From: Rhizodiscina lignyota
Taxonomy: Eukaryota
Length of the DNA: 64,000 bases
Reading direction: 5' to 3'
Assembly: GCA_010015805.1 (NCBI GenBank)
Contig: ML978122.1
Location: forward strand, 3,010,453 to 3,074,452
Under the pieces are notes generated by a model that worked only from the letters and a program-made list of their open reading frames with translations, was not told where the DNA came from and searched no databases. The translations under genes and the position numbers were made by a program. This document shows, piece after piece, positions 49,857 through 61,669 of this stretch (position 1 is the first letter of the stretch; each line of letters opens with the position of its first letter).

Positions 49857-51854
49857 TCATTCCTCGAGCAACACAACAGCATTTGAGATCTTCTCAAAGT
49901 CTCCTGAACTATCGTCAACCACTCTCATTTTGAGACGAACCATGCCGTCAACATCTGTTGGCGCTTCTTCCTGTGCTTTCGCATTCGGCGTGGCGTAGCA
50001 CAGCCCTGGGAATAGAGACATCTTTACTCTCCCCGAGCGATGATGAGACCGATTTACGGGACTCCATCCGTCTTCCACTGGATCCATAATATGCGGATCA
50101 AACGGTGCTCCAACCTTCACCGTTCTAAGATGCATTTCAGGTTTGACGGTGAGCATTCTACATTTGACTTCGAGCGCTTCGTGAAAGATCTCGCGAACGA
50201 GCTCTCTATCCTCATCTGCAATCTGGACACTGGTGCCCAGGAGAGCAGATAGTGCAATGAGAAGTCGATTTGCAAGCTCGTTCGCCTTATTGGGTCGAGT
50301 GTACCCCGTAAAAGCAGGCTCACTCATCAGTCGGTCATGTGCAGCGCGGTCAAGAGTTTGAAGAGCTTTCTTGCCTTCTTCTTGCAACTTGAGACATTTT
50401 CTATATCCCTCGAGGAGCTGCGATTGTCCTCTGTCGAAGTTTGGCCAGTCACTGTTGAAAACCCACTCACAGAGCGCTGCCGCGATGGCAGCCCCTATGA
50501 TATGTTGCGCCGATGCTCCGTTTAAAATTTCGCTAATATGTGTAACAGACGCATCCGCATCAGTTGTGTTACCGATGGAGCGTTTGAAGAGCGCGTCCAA
50601 TTCACTGTTTTGTTCTATTCGATTGGCAGCGTCTTGGATAGGATCCGTATGTTGATCGAACGCCTTCCTGATGGTATTGTACGCGATATCCCCGAGGCCT
50701 TGAGTAATCCGGTTCGTGACTGATTGTCCAGTGGAAATTTCGAAGGGCTTTACAAATCTGGCAAGATTCCTCGTCTCAGAAATCTCCCGTTCAAGGGATA
50801 AGACTTTCAGTTTTCGATCGGAAAGGTCCTTTTTGAGATCGCGGTCCCTTTGCACGCTGTCCCAACAGTCCTTGCGATTTCTCTGCTCTTCCTCGTTAAA
50901 TGCAAGTTGGTTACGGAGCTTCGCACACTCTGATTGGAGACTGTAATTCTCATCGTTCAGCGTTCTGATGGTAGCCTCCGCCGCCAACAACTTCTCCTGT
51001 AGCTCCTCGACTAGAGTACGTCGAGTCGGGCCAGGTTGTTCAGTTCGGACCGTATATTGCCAAGACTGCCTCTGAATTGTTGAATAACGGCGCTGAGTTC
51101 TGAGTTCTTCTGCAGACTCTTCGCTGTCGATTACCATTTCGCTTTGCCCAACCGAAACCTGCCTGGTCTCAGCCGTGGGTCTAGAATGGTGCTCAGACAA
51201 GATGCTCTTGGCGCTCGTAGGACTCTTCAACGGAAGGTTAGATGTCTCTGCGCTGGACGAGCATTATGGGATACTCACTGAGGAAGACCTGCTAACTGAT
51301 CTCTCAGTTCGCTCTCGCCCTCGATACTTCGCTTCCCCTCCTGACTGCTCCCGAGGGTTGCTAATAATATCAACAGCGACATTCTTGCTTCGCGACCTCG
51401 TAGCGCGAGTTTCTAGTGGTGCTGCTGCAGATATGCTCCTGGATCTAGTTTTCCGGTCGAAAGTTTGCTGGAAATGCGGGTCGCCAATCAGCATGTCCTT
51501 CCGAGCAAATGCGTCCAAGTAGGGTTCGTCTTCTTTAAATTCGGATTCGAACCATTTCCGGTCCAGGCATTCCGTGCCCACCTCGAGCATCATTCCTCGA
51601 TGTCTAAACTTCGCTTTATCGTTTCTGTAACATTTATCATGGATTTTCTTGATTAAGTTGTCTACTTTCTCCCAAGTAAAGTCGCGAGGCCATCTCCCCT
51701 TCAAATAACTGACGATGCTTTCTCGAAAGATTTCTCGGCCAATACGGTACTTTGCTTTGAGATCATACCAAGCGAGGACATGTGCCATTTCCTCCGGACT
51801 CCATAGGAAAGGTTCCTTTGCAGGCCGACGTGAGCCACGCTTTCTCTTTGGCAT
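49857..51854 (-). CDS. Myb/trihelix-like N-terminus + coiled coil + C-terminal GrpE-like motif protein (about 647 aa; intron 51225-51278)
   Basis: The GTGAGT...CTAAC...GAAG intron joins ORFs 51264..51932 and 49857..51230 in phase 0. N-terminal MPKRKR NLS and WSPEEMAHVL...FTWEKVDNLIKKI. Coiled coil. C-terminal VKVGAPFDPHIM...GRVKMSLFPGL...KISNAVVLL. Confidence 0.75.
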
Positions 51855-52354
51855 TCTTGTTTTTGTGCTGGATGAAAAGACCCCAAGCGGCGATGGGATG
51901 AAGCAACGTTGGAGATCCGGAGGGCTGCCCACCGAGAAATTTCGCGATGAAGACTTCTGCCTAGAACCTCCAGTGACTCAAAGCTTCATTTCTTGCAGGT
52001 TTGAGTCATACGATCGGTGGTTCGCAATCAGGAGTTAAGGCAATCGTTTCAGCAGCGCAGCAGGGAGGGAGAGCGACCTTTATTTGACTGGAGATGGTCA
52101 GGATCCTGAGCCATTTCGCCTTCCGCAAAGGGGTACGCCTCTTGCTATGAATGCAGGTCCAATACACTGGGATCTGGTGCCTTTGTTGTTTATTGGGCGC
52201 CATATGCAGCCGTACGGCACAGCGTGTGGGGTCGTTGCCTTCTCCAGCCACAACAAGGTCGGCGGCCTCAGACGCAAATTCGGATATAAAAAGTCTGTAC
52301 AGGGTATTACAAAATGAACTGTAGACTCTACGACGTAGATGTAGAAAGACGAGA

Positions 52355-55133
52355 ATGGCTTCAGTCCTGCGCGAGGCATCCATGGCTTCCTCCGTTACCC
52401 TTGGGCGGCTGCCCCATTCCGCAAGTGCAACTCCTGGTCCAAGTAACTACTCTGGTAGGGCAACAGCAGGATCTGAAGATGTGCACATGCAGGATGTCGA
52501 CGGCGAGTTCCACAATATTTGGACGCGCTTCGTTGTCGCCATAGACTATGGCACAACGTTCTCCTGTGTCGCGTACGTAGCTGTTCCCGGCGACTACAAC
52601 GGTGAATACGAGTCCGCTAGACGGCGGCGTGATAGGATCAGCATTATAGACGACTGGCCAGGCGATCCGGAAAAGCAATCGTTTACAAGCGCGCGCACTC
52701 TGAACAAGGAAACCCCCACAGACATCTGGTATTTCGACCCCACTATCAACGACATGGGCTCCGACTACGGGTCACAATCCTCTGACGATGTCGCAAATGA
52801 TCAGGACATGGAAGGAGCAGATGATCGTAGCCAGCAGGAACGGAGTGATGAAGAAGACATTGGCAATGGAAACGATGGAAGCGATAGAGCGGATGACCGG
52901 AATGAAAATGAACAGAGCGTGGAAGCAGACGACCTGAACGAACGTCGACACGAACAGGAACAACCCCGTGAAAGTTCTCAAGACAAGACAGCCAAGCCGC
53001 TTGAAGACGAGAAGTCCTTTGGTCGTCGCCTTCCGAACAATGTCTGCTTCGGCTACAAGGTGCAAGACGCGTTGAGGTTCCCAGGCAGTCTTAGCTCGGG
53101 GAGAAGAGCAAACGAGCCGATCAGTCGAATGAAGCTGATGCTCCATAATGATATCACCACACGAGAAGTCCGCCGGGAACTGCGACCCATCCTGAACGAT
53201 CTGAAGCGACAAAAACCACGTATCATCGAACGGCACGAAGATGTTATAGCAGACTCTTTGACTTGTCTTCTCGGGCACACGAAATGCCAATTAAGGAAAC
53301 GCGACGACTTTCGGGATGGTTCTCAGGTCGAGTTTGTCCTCTGCATCCCTCCTGCATGGCAACCGAAAGCCCGTCGGCAAATGCAGGAAGCTATGGCCGT
53401 CGCTATACGGAGAAGCGGCTTGGGCGATACTCGTGACAAAACGGTGGACAACTTGTTTTATGTCCCCGAACCTGAGGCAGCTGCAGAATTTGTTCTTGCG
53501 GAACATGGAGAAATCATGGTAATGTTGTCCTCCCAGCGCCTGAGTACCATTAGTTTGACGTGCGACAGGCAGATGACGTGTTCCTGGTACTAGATGCTGG
53601 CTGCGGAACCGTTGACCAAGGAATCTATAGAGTGAGTGGGACGGAGCCGCTTAGACTAGCTGTGGAAGAAGGTCAACCTACTGGTATGTGAACAGAACTC
53701 GTGGGAATATGTAACTCACACATTTAGGCCGCTTGTGTGGATCTAGCTACCTGAACGAGAATATGCGCAAGCTGGCGATGACAAGACTTGAAGGCGAGCG
53801 AGGGTCGCTCCAAGAGAAAAACTCTACTACGTTACGAGGCCTTATCGAGAGCCATGTTATACGTGACTTTGAGACTCGGACGAAGAGGCAGTTTGACCCT
53901 GATAATGAGTCATTCAAAGAAACATACTACATACCTGGCCTCGCACCAGATCGCAGAAGGCGCTTTGGGCCCTCAAAACTCTTCATCCGTCGGTACGTTA
54001 CAGGTATTGACTACGTAGACGAAGCTAATCCCGCGCAGTGACGAAATTATGAGTGTCTTTGAACCAGTGCTCAATGATGTAACTTCTTTGCTGGAAGAGC
54101 AGATACGACTTTGCGCAGATAAGAATAAGCACATCGATGTAAGTATTGCTAATTTCCCCCTTAATTTTGGGAACATCTGTTGACCTCCAAAAGAAAGTGG
54201 TATTGATTGGAGGGTTTGCGGAATCTAGAGCGCTCCGGAAGGCGGTCAGATCGAAACTCCAAGAACTGGAAAATCCTTATGGCCACATTCAGCTCATAAT
54301 TCGTGAGGAGTGCGTCCCTGGCGTGGTGCTCTATTATCCTAGCGCACCCGTTCGCTAATTGGTTTGCAGCGGAATATCGAGCACAGCGGTTGCCACTGGA
54401 GCTGTCATGCGGGCGCTGAACAAGACAGACGGTCCAAAACGACAATCGATGTCAAGCTACGGAATCAAACGGGATGAGGCCTGGCGACGCAATTGGGTCG
54501 CACACCAGAAACAAAAGAAATTTGCAACACGAGACAGACTGGACGGAATTGTCTATATCAAAAATACGATCGATTGGGTAATAAAGAAGGTGAGTCTCAC
54601 CGAGACAAACGAAACATTGGCAAAGTGATGATTGCAATGCAGGGCACTAAAGTAGATGGTATCTATCGCAAATCCTTTCCAACCACGCACACGATCGACG
54701 CCAAGACTGCACATGAGAGAAAGAGCTGGGTTTGTGTCGAGGTACTATACGTGTCTGATAGCAGCACAGAATCTAATTATCAGGTCACGCACAAGAAGAA
54801 CAAAGGTAGTTGCTTCCTGAAAGCATGGATGCAGATGTGAATCTAACCATGTGCGCATACATAGGTTGCGAACGCGCCGGACGAATCGAGGTCGATATGT
54901 ATTTTCTCAAAGAGCAAGGAATGGTTGAGCTTATCCAGCCTCCCAAAGGACGAGGTCACGATCATTACCAGGTGGATTTCGACATCATCATTGAAGTGAA
55001 TGGTCGCAATCTTTCCTTCACGGCCCAGTATCCGTGTGCGAAGGATGATAAACCGACTCAAGCCCTTGACCTGATGGAGGGTTCCCGAGCGTACACGTGT
55101 ATTGCTGCAGGCTTTGTGCCTGGGACAATGTAA
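52355..55133 (+). CDS. Atypical Hsp70-family (HSPA12-like) actin-fold ATPase, 8 exons
   Basis: Introns 53519-53568, 53684-53727, 53993-54038, 54139-54193, 54310-54369, 54590-54642 and 54806-54864 give one open frame. Motifs VAIDYGTTFSCVAY, LCIPPAW, PEPEAAA, LVLDAGCGTVD, LCGSSYLNE, VFEPVLNDV, VLIGGFAES, AVATGAV, SYGI. No EEVD tail. TATAAA at 52285. Confidence 0.9.
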
Positions 55134-55222
55134 CATATTGCTGTATTTTATTGATTGTGAATGATTCGAGTCTCTGCGCGGCTGTTCGGAGAAGTTGCTG
55201 ACGTTTCTGTCCTATACATCTA

Positions 55223-56408
55223 TCACTTCGTAGGTTTGAGGATTATATTGTCGATCAGTCGCACCGTACCAGTGCCACCGCCCAACCCGCAATCTTCGCC
55301 ATCTTGTGGTTCCTCTAATGGCATCATCTTGATCGCACCGCTGAGGATCGCGCCTCTTGTCTCGTCAACGTCTTCCAACTCTTCCAAACTATCAGGATCA
55401 GCAAGGGAGATATAATCGACCTCGAACCTTGCCCTTTTCGAAGGAGGAAGCTCATCCTGCTCCAACATTTTGCTATTCGCTATGTCGTTAGCCGCCCATA
55501 ATATGTCTCCTCTTGACCGCTTCCCGTTGTGATACTGCTCCTCTGCGCGCATGAGAGCCTGTGATAATACAGTCGCCACAGCTCGTCTCCTTGCACCAAG
55601 ATACACATTTCGTGAACTCATCGCCAGCCCACCCAGCTCACGCCTCGTCACGCCAATCCGGATGTCCATTGGAAGATGAAAGTCCTGCACCATCCGCCTT
55701 ATCACCACCGTCTGCTGCACGTCCTTTTGCCCAAAGTACGCACGCTCCGGTTGTACGATATTGAACAGCTTCATGCACACAGTCGCTACGCCTCTGAAGA
55801 AGACCGGCCGAGACGCGCCCTCCAGCACGCTGCCAACGGGTGTGATCAGAACGAACGATCCCTGTCCGTCAACCTCAGATGACGGTGGCAAGGTGGGATA
55901 CATTGTCTTCGTAGTAGGTGCGAATATCGCGCTTATACGACCTGAGTCGGAAGCTGCAAGTTCGCGGTCTAGCTCTGCAAGCATTGCAACGTCGGTGTCC
56001 CATGTGCGCGGGTAGGACGATAGGTCTTCGTTTACACCGAATTGTGTGGGGTTGACATATATGGAGACGAACACATCGGAGTTCTCCTGTGCAGCTTGTC
56101 GCATGAGGGAGAGGTGTCCGTCGTGCAATGCGCCCATGGTTGGTACGAGACCGACGGAGCGGCCTGAGAGGAGTAATGAACGGCGATAGGAGCGGAGGGG
56201 AGCGACATCGCGGAAGACCTGCGTGAAGGTATTGTCGTTTGATCGCAGTATGGAGCTACTGGAGAAGAATCTGAGTGCTGTAGTGTCAAGATTTAGCAAT
56301 TGGGCATTCAATCATGAATGCGGTTCAGCAACTACCTCTATGTCTGCAAATATGTGGTGGCACAGCTGCTGCTCCTCTTGTTCTCACCGAGGATAGAAAA
56401 AGAGACAT
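55223..56408 (-). CDS. PAN6: Pantoate-beta-alanine ligase (pantothenate synthetase)
   Basis: VPTMGALHDGH, SIYVNPTQF, FGQKDVQQ, LAMSSRN, RLIDN. Predicted first exon MSLFLSSVRTRG... spliced across about 56279-56335. Confidence 0.93.
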
Positions 56409-56844
56409 GTTGGAGCAAGCTTGCTGCAGAATTCTGACAGCACAGCGGCAATTGATGCTTCCATTATCCCGAGTGGATCGGGATAGTGATGGAAAGCAGA
56501 ATGCTTGGAGCTTCGCTGAAGCTTGAATCCTGGTCGTAGGGCTGAAGCGTGGGGGTGTAACCTATGATACCGATCTTAAGAGTATCTGCTGCATGTGAGA
56601 TGTTAGTAGTCTCACGTCGATATTTTAGATTCTTCTGGCGTAATTCCGTAACACCTTTAATTGTCACTAGAAAAGGGCGAATTCCCAGGCACATGTACGG
56701 AGTATTCGTATTTGATGTTGAACAAAGCTGACTAAGCATTGAATTTCTTCAACACCTGCCAAGCCTGTGACGTCCACTGTGGTATTGAATTCAAAGAGAG
56801 CTTCTTTTCTGGCCATTCGCCATGCGTATACGCTTGTGGCCAAT

Positions 56845-57873
56845 ATGACAGACCGGCGCCGCATCAATGGGCCTCCAGGCGGAACATCAGCGCCCATATT
56901 TGCCTCCGCGCTCTCCAGCGACCAGACGATTGAGAAGCTTCGTCCAACGCGCACGCGACAAGCCGATGAGCTGAGAAAAATATGTACGCGGTATATCATT
57001 ACTCTTCCACTCTACCGCCGACTTATGCCATCTATAGTTCTCAAAACAGGCTTAACGCCTTCAGCATCTGGCTCTGCATATTTGGAATTGCAGGTCCCCA
57101 ACTCGCCCTCACAATCCCTCATTCCGCAGCGCTCGACGCTCAAACTCTCTTGCACAGTTCATGGTCCACGCCCTCTCCCCCGCTCCGCGCAGTTCTCGTC
57201 AAATCTCGTGCTCACTACGACCGTCAAGTTCGCCCCGTTTGCAACGCGCCAGCGCCGAGGCTACGTACGTGATTCTACAGAGCGCGACCTTGCGGTGCAT
57301 CTGGAGACCGCGCTGAAGGGCATTTTGATTGGAGAGCGATGGCCGAAGAGCGGGGTCGATGTGGTGGTGACGGTGCTCGAGGGAGAAGAGGACGGATGGT
57401 GGGGAGATGAGCTTAGTGGAGGCGCTTCAGGAGCTGGCAAGGGTGGAGGATGGGGATTAATGAATGTGCTCGCAGGATGCATTACTGTGAGCTGTGCAGC
57501 GATTGTGGAGGCGGGCATTGATTGTGTGGACATGGTTACTGGTGGAGTGGCTGCAGCCGTCCTGGACGATACGACTGCTCAGAAGGCGAGAAGAAAAGGC
57601 ACGGCGGGAGACGACGATGGGAATTCAGGAAGCGTACTAGCTGTGCTGGATCCATCCCCGCCGGAGCACCGAGAGGTCATCGCAGCTTGCGTTGTGGGAT
57701 ATCTGTCGCAAAGAGACGAGATCACGGAGCTCTGGATGAAAGGCAATGCTGGCGCAGACGCTGAAGCGTTGGTCGATCGTGCGGTTCAAGCGGCAGTGGC
57801 AACGAGGGCGGTTCTTGTGCAAGCGGTCATAGAGTCGGGACAAGCGAGGGATTATGCGACAGAGACAACATGA
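56845..57873 (+). CDS. MTR3: RNA exosome core subunit Mtr3 (RNase PH fold), one intron about 56984-57038
   Basis: MTDRRRINGP, LKTGLTPSASGSAYLE, CTVHGPRPL, KFAPFA, WPKSGVDVVVTVLE. Confidence 0.88.
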   Translation: MTDRRRINGPPGGTSAPIFASALSSDQTIEKLRPTRTRQADELRKICTRYIITLPLYRRLMPSIVLKTGLTPSASGSAYLELQVPNSPSQSLIPQRSTLKLSCTVHGPRPLPRSAQFSSNLVLTTTVKFAPFATRQRRGYVRDSTERDLAVHLETALKGILIGERWPKSGVDVVVTVLEGEEDGWWGDELSGGASGAGKGGGWGLMNVLAGCITVSCAAIVEAGIDCVDMVTGGVAAAVLDDTTAQKARRKGTAGDDDGNSGSVLAVLDPSPPEHREVIAACVVGYLSQRDEITELWMKGNAGADAEALVDRAVQAAVATRAVLVQAVIESGQARDYATETT

Positions 57874-58129
57874 TATGTGATGGCCCTCGCAAGATGCCTT
57901 TTGATTTCCCTTTTATGATACCTTAGAGAAGCTCGTCAGAACGACAGAGCTGATTCCGCCATTGCTCCCGTTGAGTAAAAGAAACCTGGGTATCAGGGCA
58001 GCTGAATGAGCCAAATACCGACCATGCCCCGACGCAGATATGGCCTCCAATGAGTGTTCAGTTCCTATCCCACGAATATTTCATGCAGACTTCGTGCACG
58101 CTCGACTTCGCCTCAGTCTTGCCATGAGC

Positions 58130-58795
58130 TTAGAAAGCGATATCACCATCGCCGGTTCCGAACAAGCTTCCTCCTTTAGCAGCCTTGGTCTTGACCATGT
58201 CGAGCATCTCATCCTCCTCGTCCTCCTCGATAGGTTCCATCTTCACTGCTTGCTCCTTGGCGTCTTTCTTCGTCGTCGTTGTTGCCTTGCGAGCTTTAGT
58301 CTTCTTCTTCGGAGCCTCGTCGTTGTCTTCCTCGTCATCGTCTCCAGTAGGCTTCTTGGTAGCACGCTTGCGCTTCGGAGCTGGCATCTTCTTCGGAGCC
58401 TCCTCCTCCTCCCCCTCGTCTTCGACCTCGCCGTCGTCTCCAGCAGTCTTCTTGGTAGCACGCTTGCGCTTCGGAACTGGCGCTGCAGACGGGGATTTGG
58501 TGCCAACGCCGGTCTCGACCTCCTCCCTTTTTTCCTTCTTCATTTTGTTCTCCAGGAGGTTCCAGCGGCAGTAAGCGGTGTGCGGCTTCATGTTCAACGC
58601 CTCGCCGACTTTGTTCCAGTCGAACTCAATCTGCAGTGCTCAGTGAGATAGCTTACGGTTTGCCAAACGCAACCGCAGTGTTCCATTGAAAGAAAGTGAA
58701 AACCAGTACTGCTTTACCTTCTCGTTCTTGGCATACTTGATGCAGTTATACAGGAAGTCGCTCTGCGAAGCGTCGTTCTTGTAGCCGGTAGGCAT
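58130..58795 (-). CDS. Small Myb-like-domain, Lys/Glu-rich nuclear protein (2 exons)
   Basis: Exon 1 MPTGYKNDASQSDFLYNCIKYAKNEK spliced to IEFDWNKVGEALNMKPHTAYCRWNLL. Charged tail with duplicated PKRKRATKK. Confidence 0.75.
58335..58481. repeat. Internal tandem duplication in the Myb-like gene
   Basis: Two near-identical copies of TCGTCTCCAG.AG.CTTCTTGGTAGCACGCTTGCGCTTCGGA.CTGGC, about 96 bp apart, each encoding PKRKRATKK..GDD. Confidence 0.8.
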
Positions 58796-59181
58796 CGCGA
58801 TCAGATGTAGTTGGCAGTCAAGTTTTGAAAATGGTTAAGTGGACCTGATTGTGGTCGGAGTTTGAGTTGAAAGAACAGTGAAAGGGAGAACCAGAAGCAG
58901 AGGTATTTATAAGGAGGCTGGAGCTAGGCAGAAGCTTAAAAGGTGTTGAACTGATTTAGCGTGATTAAGTTGGCGCTCTTCACTGTAGTTAAGCGAGAAC
59001 CTTTCTGCACATTTTCAGGCTGACTCAATTTACTCTAGAGGGTGTTCAATGCAGAAATGAAAGCTTTAGTGAACACAAGATTGTGTTAATTGTAGAGGGT
59101 CCAGGTCAAGGCCAGCTACCATCGTGAGCTACCATCCCCAGACGCGTCTGCGGTCTACGCATTCACTCCTTTGTCCGATCC

Positions 59182-61317
59182 TTAACCTTCTGCAGCCTCC
59201 TCCTCCTCCTCTTCTTCTTCCCCAGTCGGAACCTCAATCAAGTACTTAAAGTCCAAGCCAACATCAGCTAGCATCGCCGCATGCTGCTGCGCACAGCCCA
59301 CACAATCCTTCCAGGTCTCAGTGCTGCTGTGGATGGTGCTCAGCTGCCTCGTCAAGAGGACGTTGAAGTCGTCAACATGCTTCTTCGCCCAGCTCACACA
59401 TGCGGACATCATGACCGGCGGGAAGCAGTTCTGGTAGATGAGCACTGTGTTGCGGATAATGGTGAAGTATATGAAGGAGATCTGGAAGATGTATTGGACG
59501 AGGTCGCCGTCGAACAAGCATTGCCTACACAACCTTTAGCCGATCGACTCTGAAGCGCATAGTGGTTAGAACAATTAGACATACCGAGTGCGCGTCTTGA
59601 TGACAGAACTACGTGCTTCAAGATAGGCCTCTCGCGCCCGGTCTTCATATCCAAGACGTGACAGCCAATCTACGTTCTGTCTTGTAGCAGTGTTCCAGGC
59701 GTGGGTTTGTACCAGTTCCTTCGTGACGTGTCCAGCTAGTTTCGCTGCGCGCTCATCAATCTTGAGGCTAATGATGTCTTGCGCGACCTGATTGCCCTTG
59801 ATACCTTTTGCTAACCGGCGAAGGCGTTCAACTTTAGCCACCGCGTCTTCGAATCGTTGTAATGCAATATCAATGTCGAGTTCATCGATCTGGCTCTCGA
59901 CCCAGCGAATGCTCTGCTGTTTACCATCCACGTCAATCATGAAGCTAGAACGACCATGGGAGCCAGACAGACTCCCGAGCAGGCCGGGACGCTTTAGCAA
60001 GCTTCCGTCTCTGATTGCGAGGTAGTTCACAGAGTCGCGCGCTTTTGCTCGTTCCTCTGTCTCGGCTTCGAGCGTTTTACGCAGCTCCTCTACCGCTTTA
60101 CGGAAGGCCGTGAGAAGTGTAGCCTTCTCGTTTGCTTCTGTGCTGCCAGTCGCAAAGGTGAATGACTCTGACCCAACGCGAACGTTGACCGCATTTGATG
60201 AACCTTTTCCGTCTGCGCCAGTCGATTTCGTAGAAATATCCGCCATTTGCACATCTTGCAAAGGCCAGCATCGTTGTGCGACAAGTTGGACTTGGTTCTG
60301 GCTTTGCTTCTCCTTGGGGTCTCGCGACTGCTGGGGTGCATCAGCGCGCTTCTTCTCTGAAGCAACCAGAAGGTGGTCATTCAGGAGAATGAGATGGACA
60401 CGGCGTCTTGCTTTCCATGTCGCCGCATTCAATTCTACCCATCGTCCAGACTCATACACGATGTGTCGCCCTGGAATTGCCGGGAGGTATTTCTGTGATC
60501 CTTCAACACGTTTCCAGAGCGTCTGTAAATGTGTGTTCCACAGGGCCTCCAGGTTAGCCACTGAACTTCGATTTGAAGCCTTGCGAGAGAGGACTGCATC
60601 GCCGTTGGTGCTGTTGGAAGAGGTAGTCTGGTTTAGGGTGGTTGTGAGCTCCGTCATAAGGTTGCGGAGAGTCCGCATCTCTCCTTTGAGCTTTTCCGCC
60701 TCTTTGCTGATCTTGATAAACTGCGTCCTGTTCTGGTATACATTGTGCTGCAAGTCGGTCGAGGTACGATTTTTGATCTTCTGTAGTTCTTGCTGGTAGT
60801 TGACTATGTCTTCCTCCGAGGCATCTGCGAGCACTGCGGCAACGTCTGCGCTAGTCAGTTCATACACTCCTTCACCGGGTTGCCAGTTGCACTTACATTC
60901 ATCTGGTCGCAACTTCGGGTCACGTAGGGCTTTGATGTCTACTTTGATTCCACTGCCATCGCCGCCTCGTCTCTCTCCTGTATCTCGTAGTGGACTTGGC
61001 TGGTTCCGGTACTGAGCCGGGATGGTTGGAAGTCCAGGCACAGCAGGTGCACCAGCAGAGAAATCCTGCGGCGGCTGGATGAACCTTGTCGAGTATCTTC
61101 GCTTTACCAGGTCTGCTGTCTTGTCATTCTGAGGAGTGCGCTCACGCGGCGCGGCCGGAGGTCTCGCAGTTCCAACGCCAGCTCCAGGTCTTCCTACACG
61201 CGCCTCGGAACCACTATTGGTGCCTTGTGGGATTGGGGCTGATATTTGCTTCGGAGCGCTGATTTTGGGCTTGACCGTTCTCTTTTTGCGGAGGGAAATC
61301 CCGCGCTTCTCGTCCAT
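59182..61317 (-). CDS. EXO84: Exocyst subunit Exo84 (3 exons)
   Basis: GISLRKK, KISAP, ADLVKRRYSTRF, DLQHNVYQNRTQFIKISKEAEKL, PH domain (RWVELNAATWK...LLNDHLLVA), EDRAREAYLEARS. Confidence 0.95.
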
Positions 61318-61669
61318 CGTGAAGGATGTTGTCTGGAGCTGGGTTTGTCTCAGGCCTTGAAGCTTTGATATCCATAGGAAGTGTCTTGGCAAGAACAAGG
61401 GCCCTGAAACCCTAACCCTATATAACCTCATTTCATGGCATTATATCTCAACCTCGCTCCATCTCCAATTCCACACACGCAAACAAAGGTCGAGGTCTCC
61501 GCAAAGTGCATTGGAATTATCAATGAACATATAGCGGAAACCACCTCAACCACAACACCACCTTAAATAAGTCACCTAACATCGTGGTGTACTTCACGCT
61601 CGACATTGTTACGACTACACAAGTGCTCGCTGTTGGATCCATTGCAATTGAAACAATTTACAGCGCATC

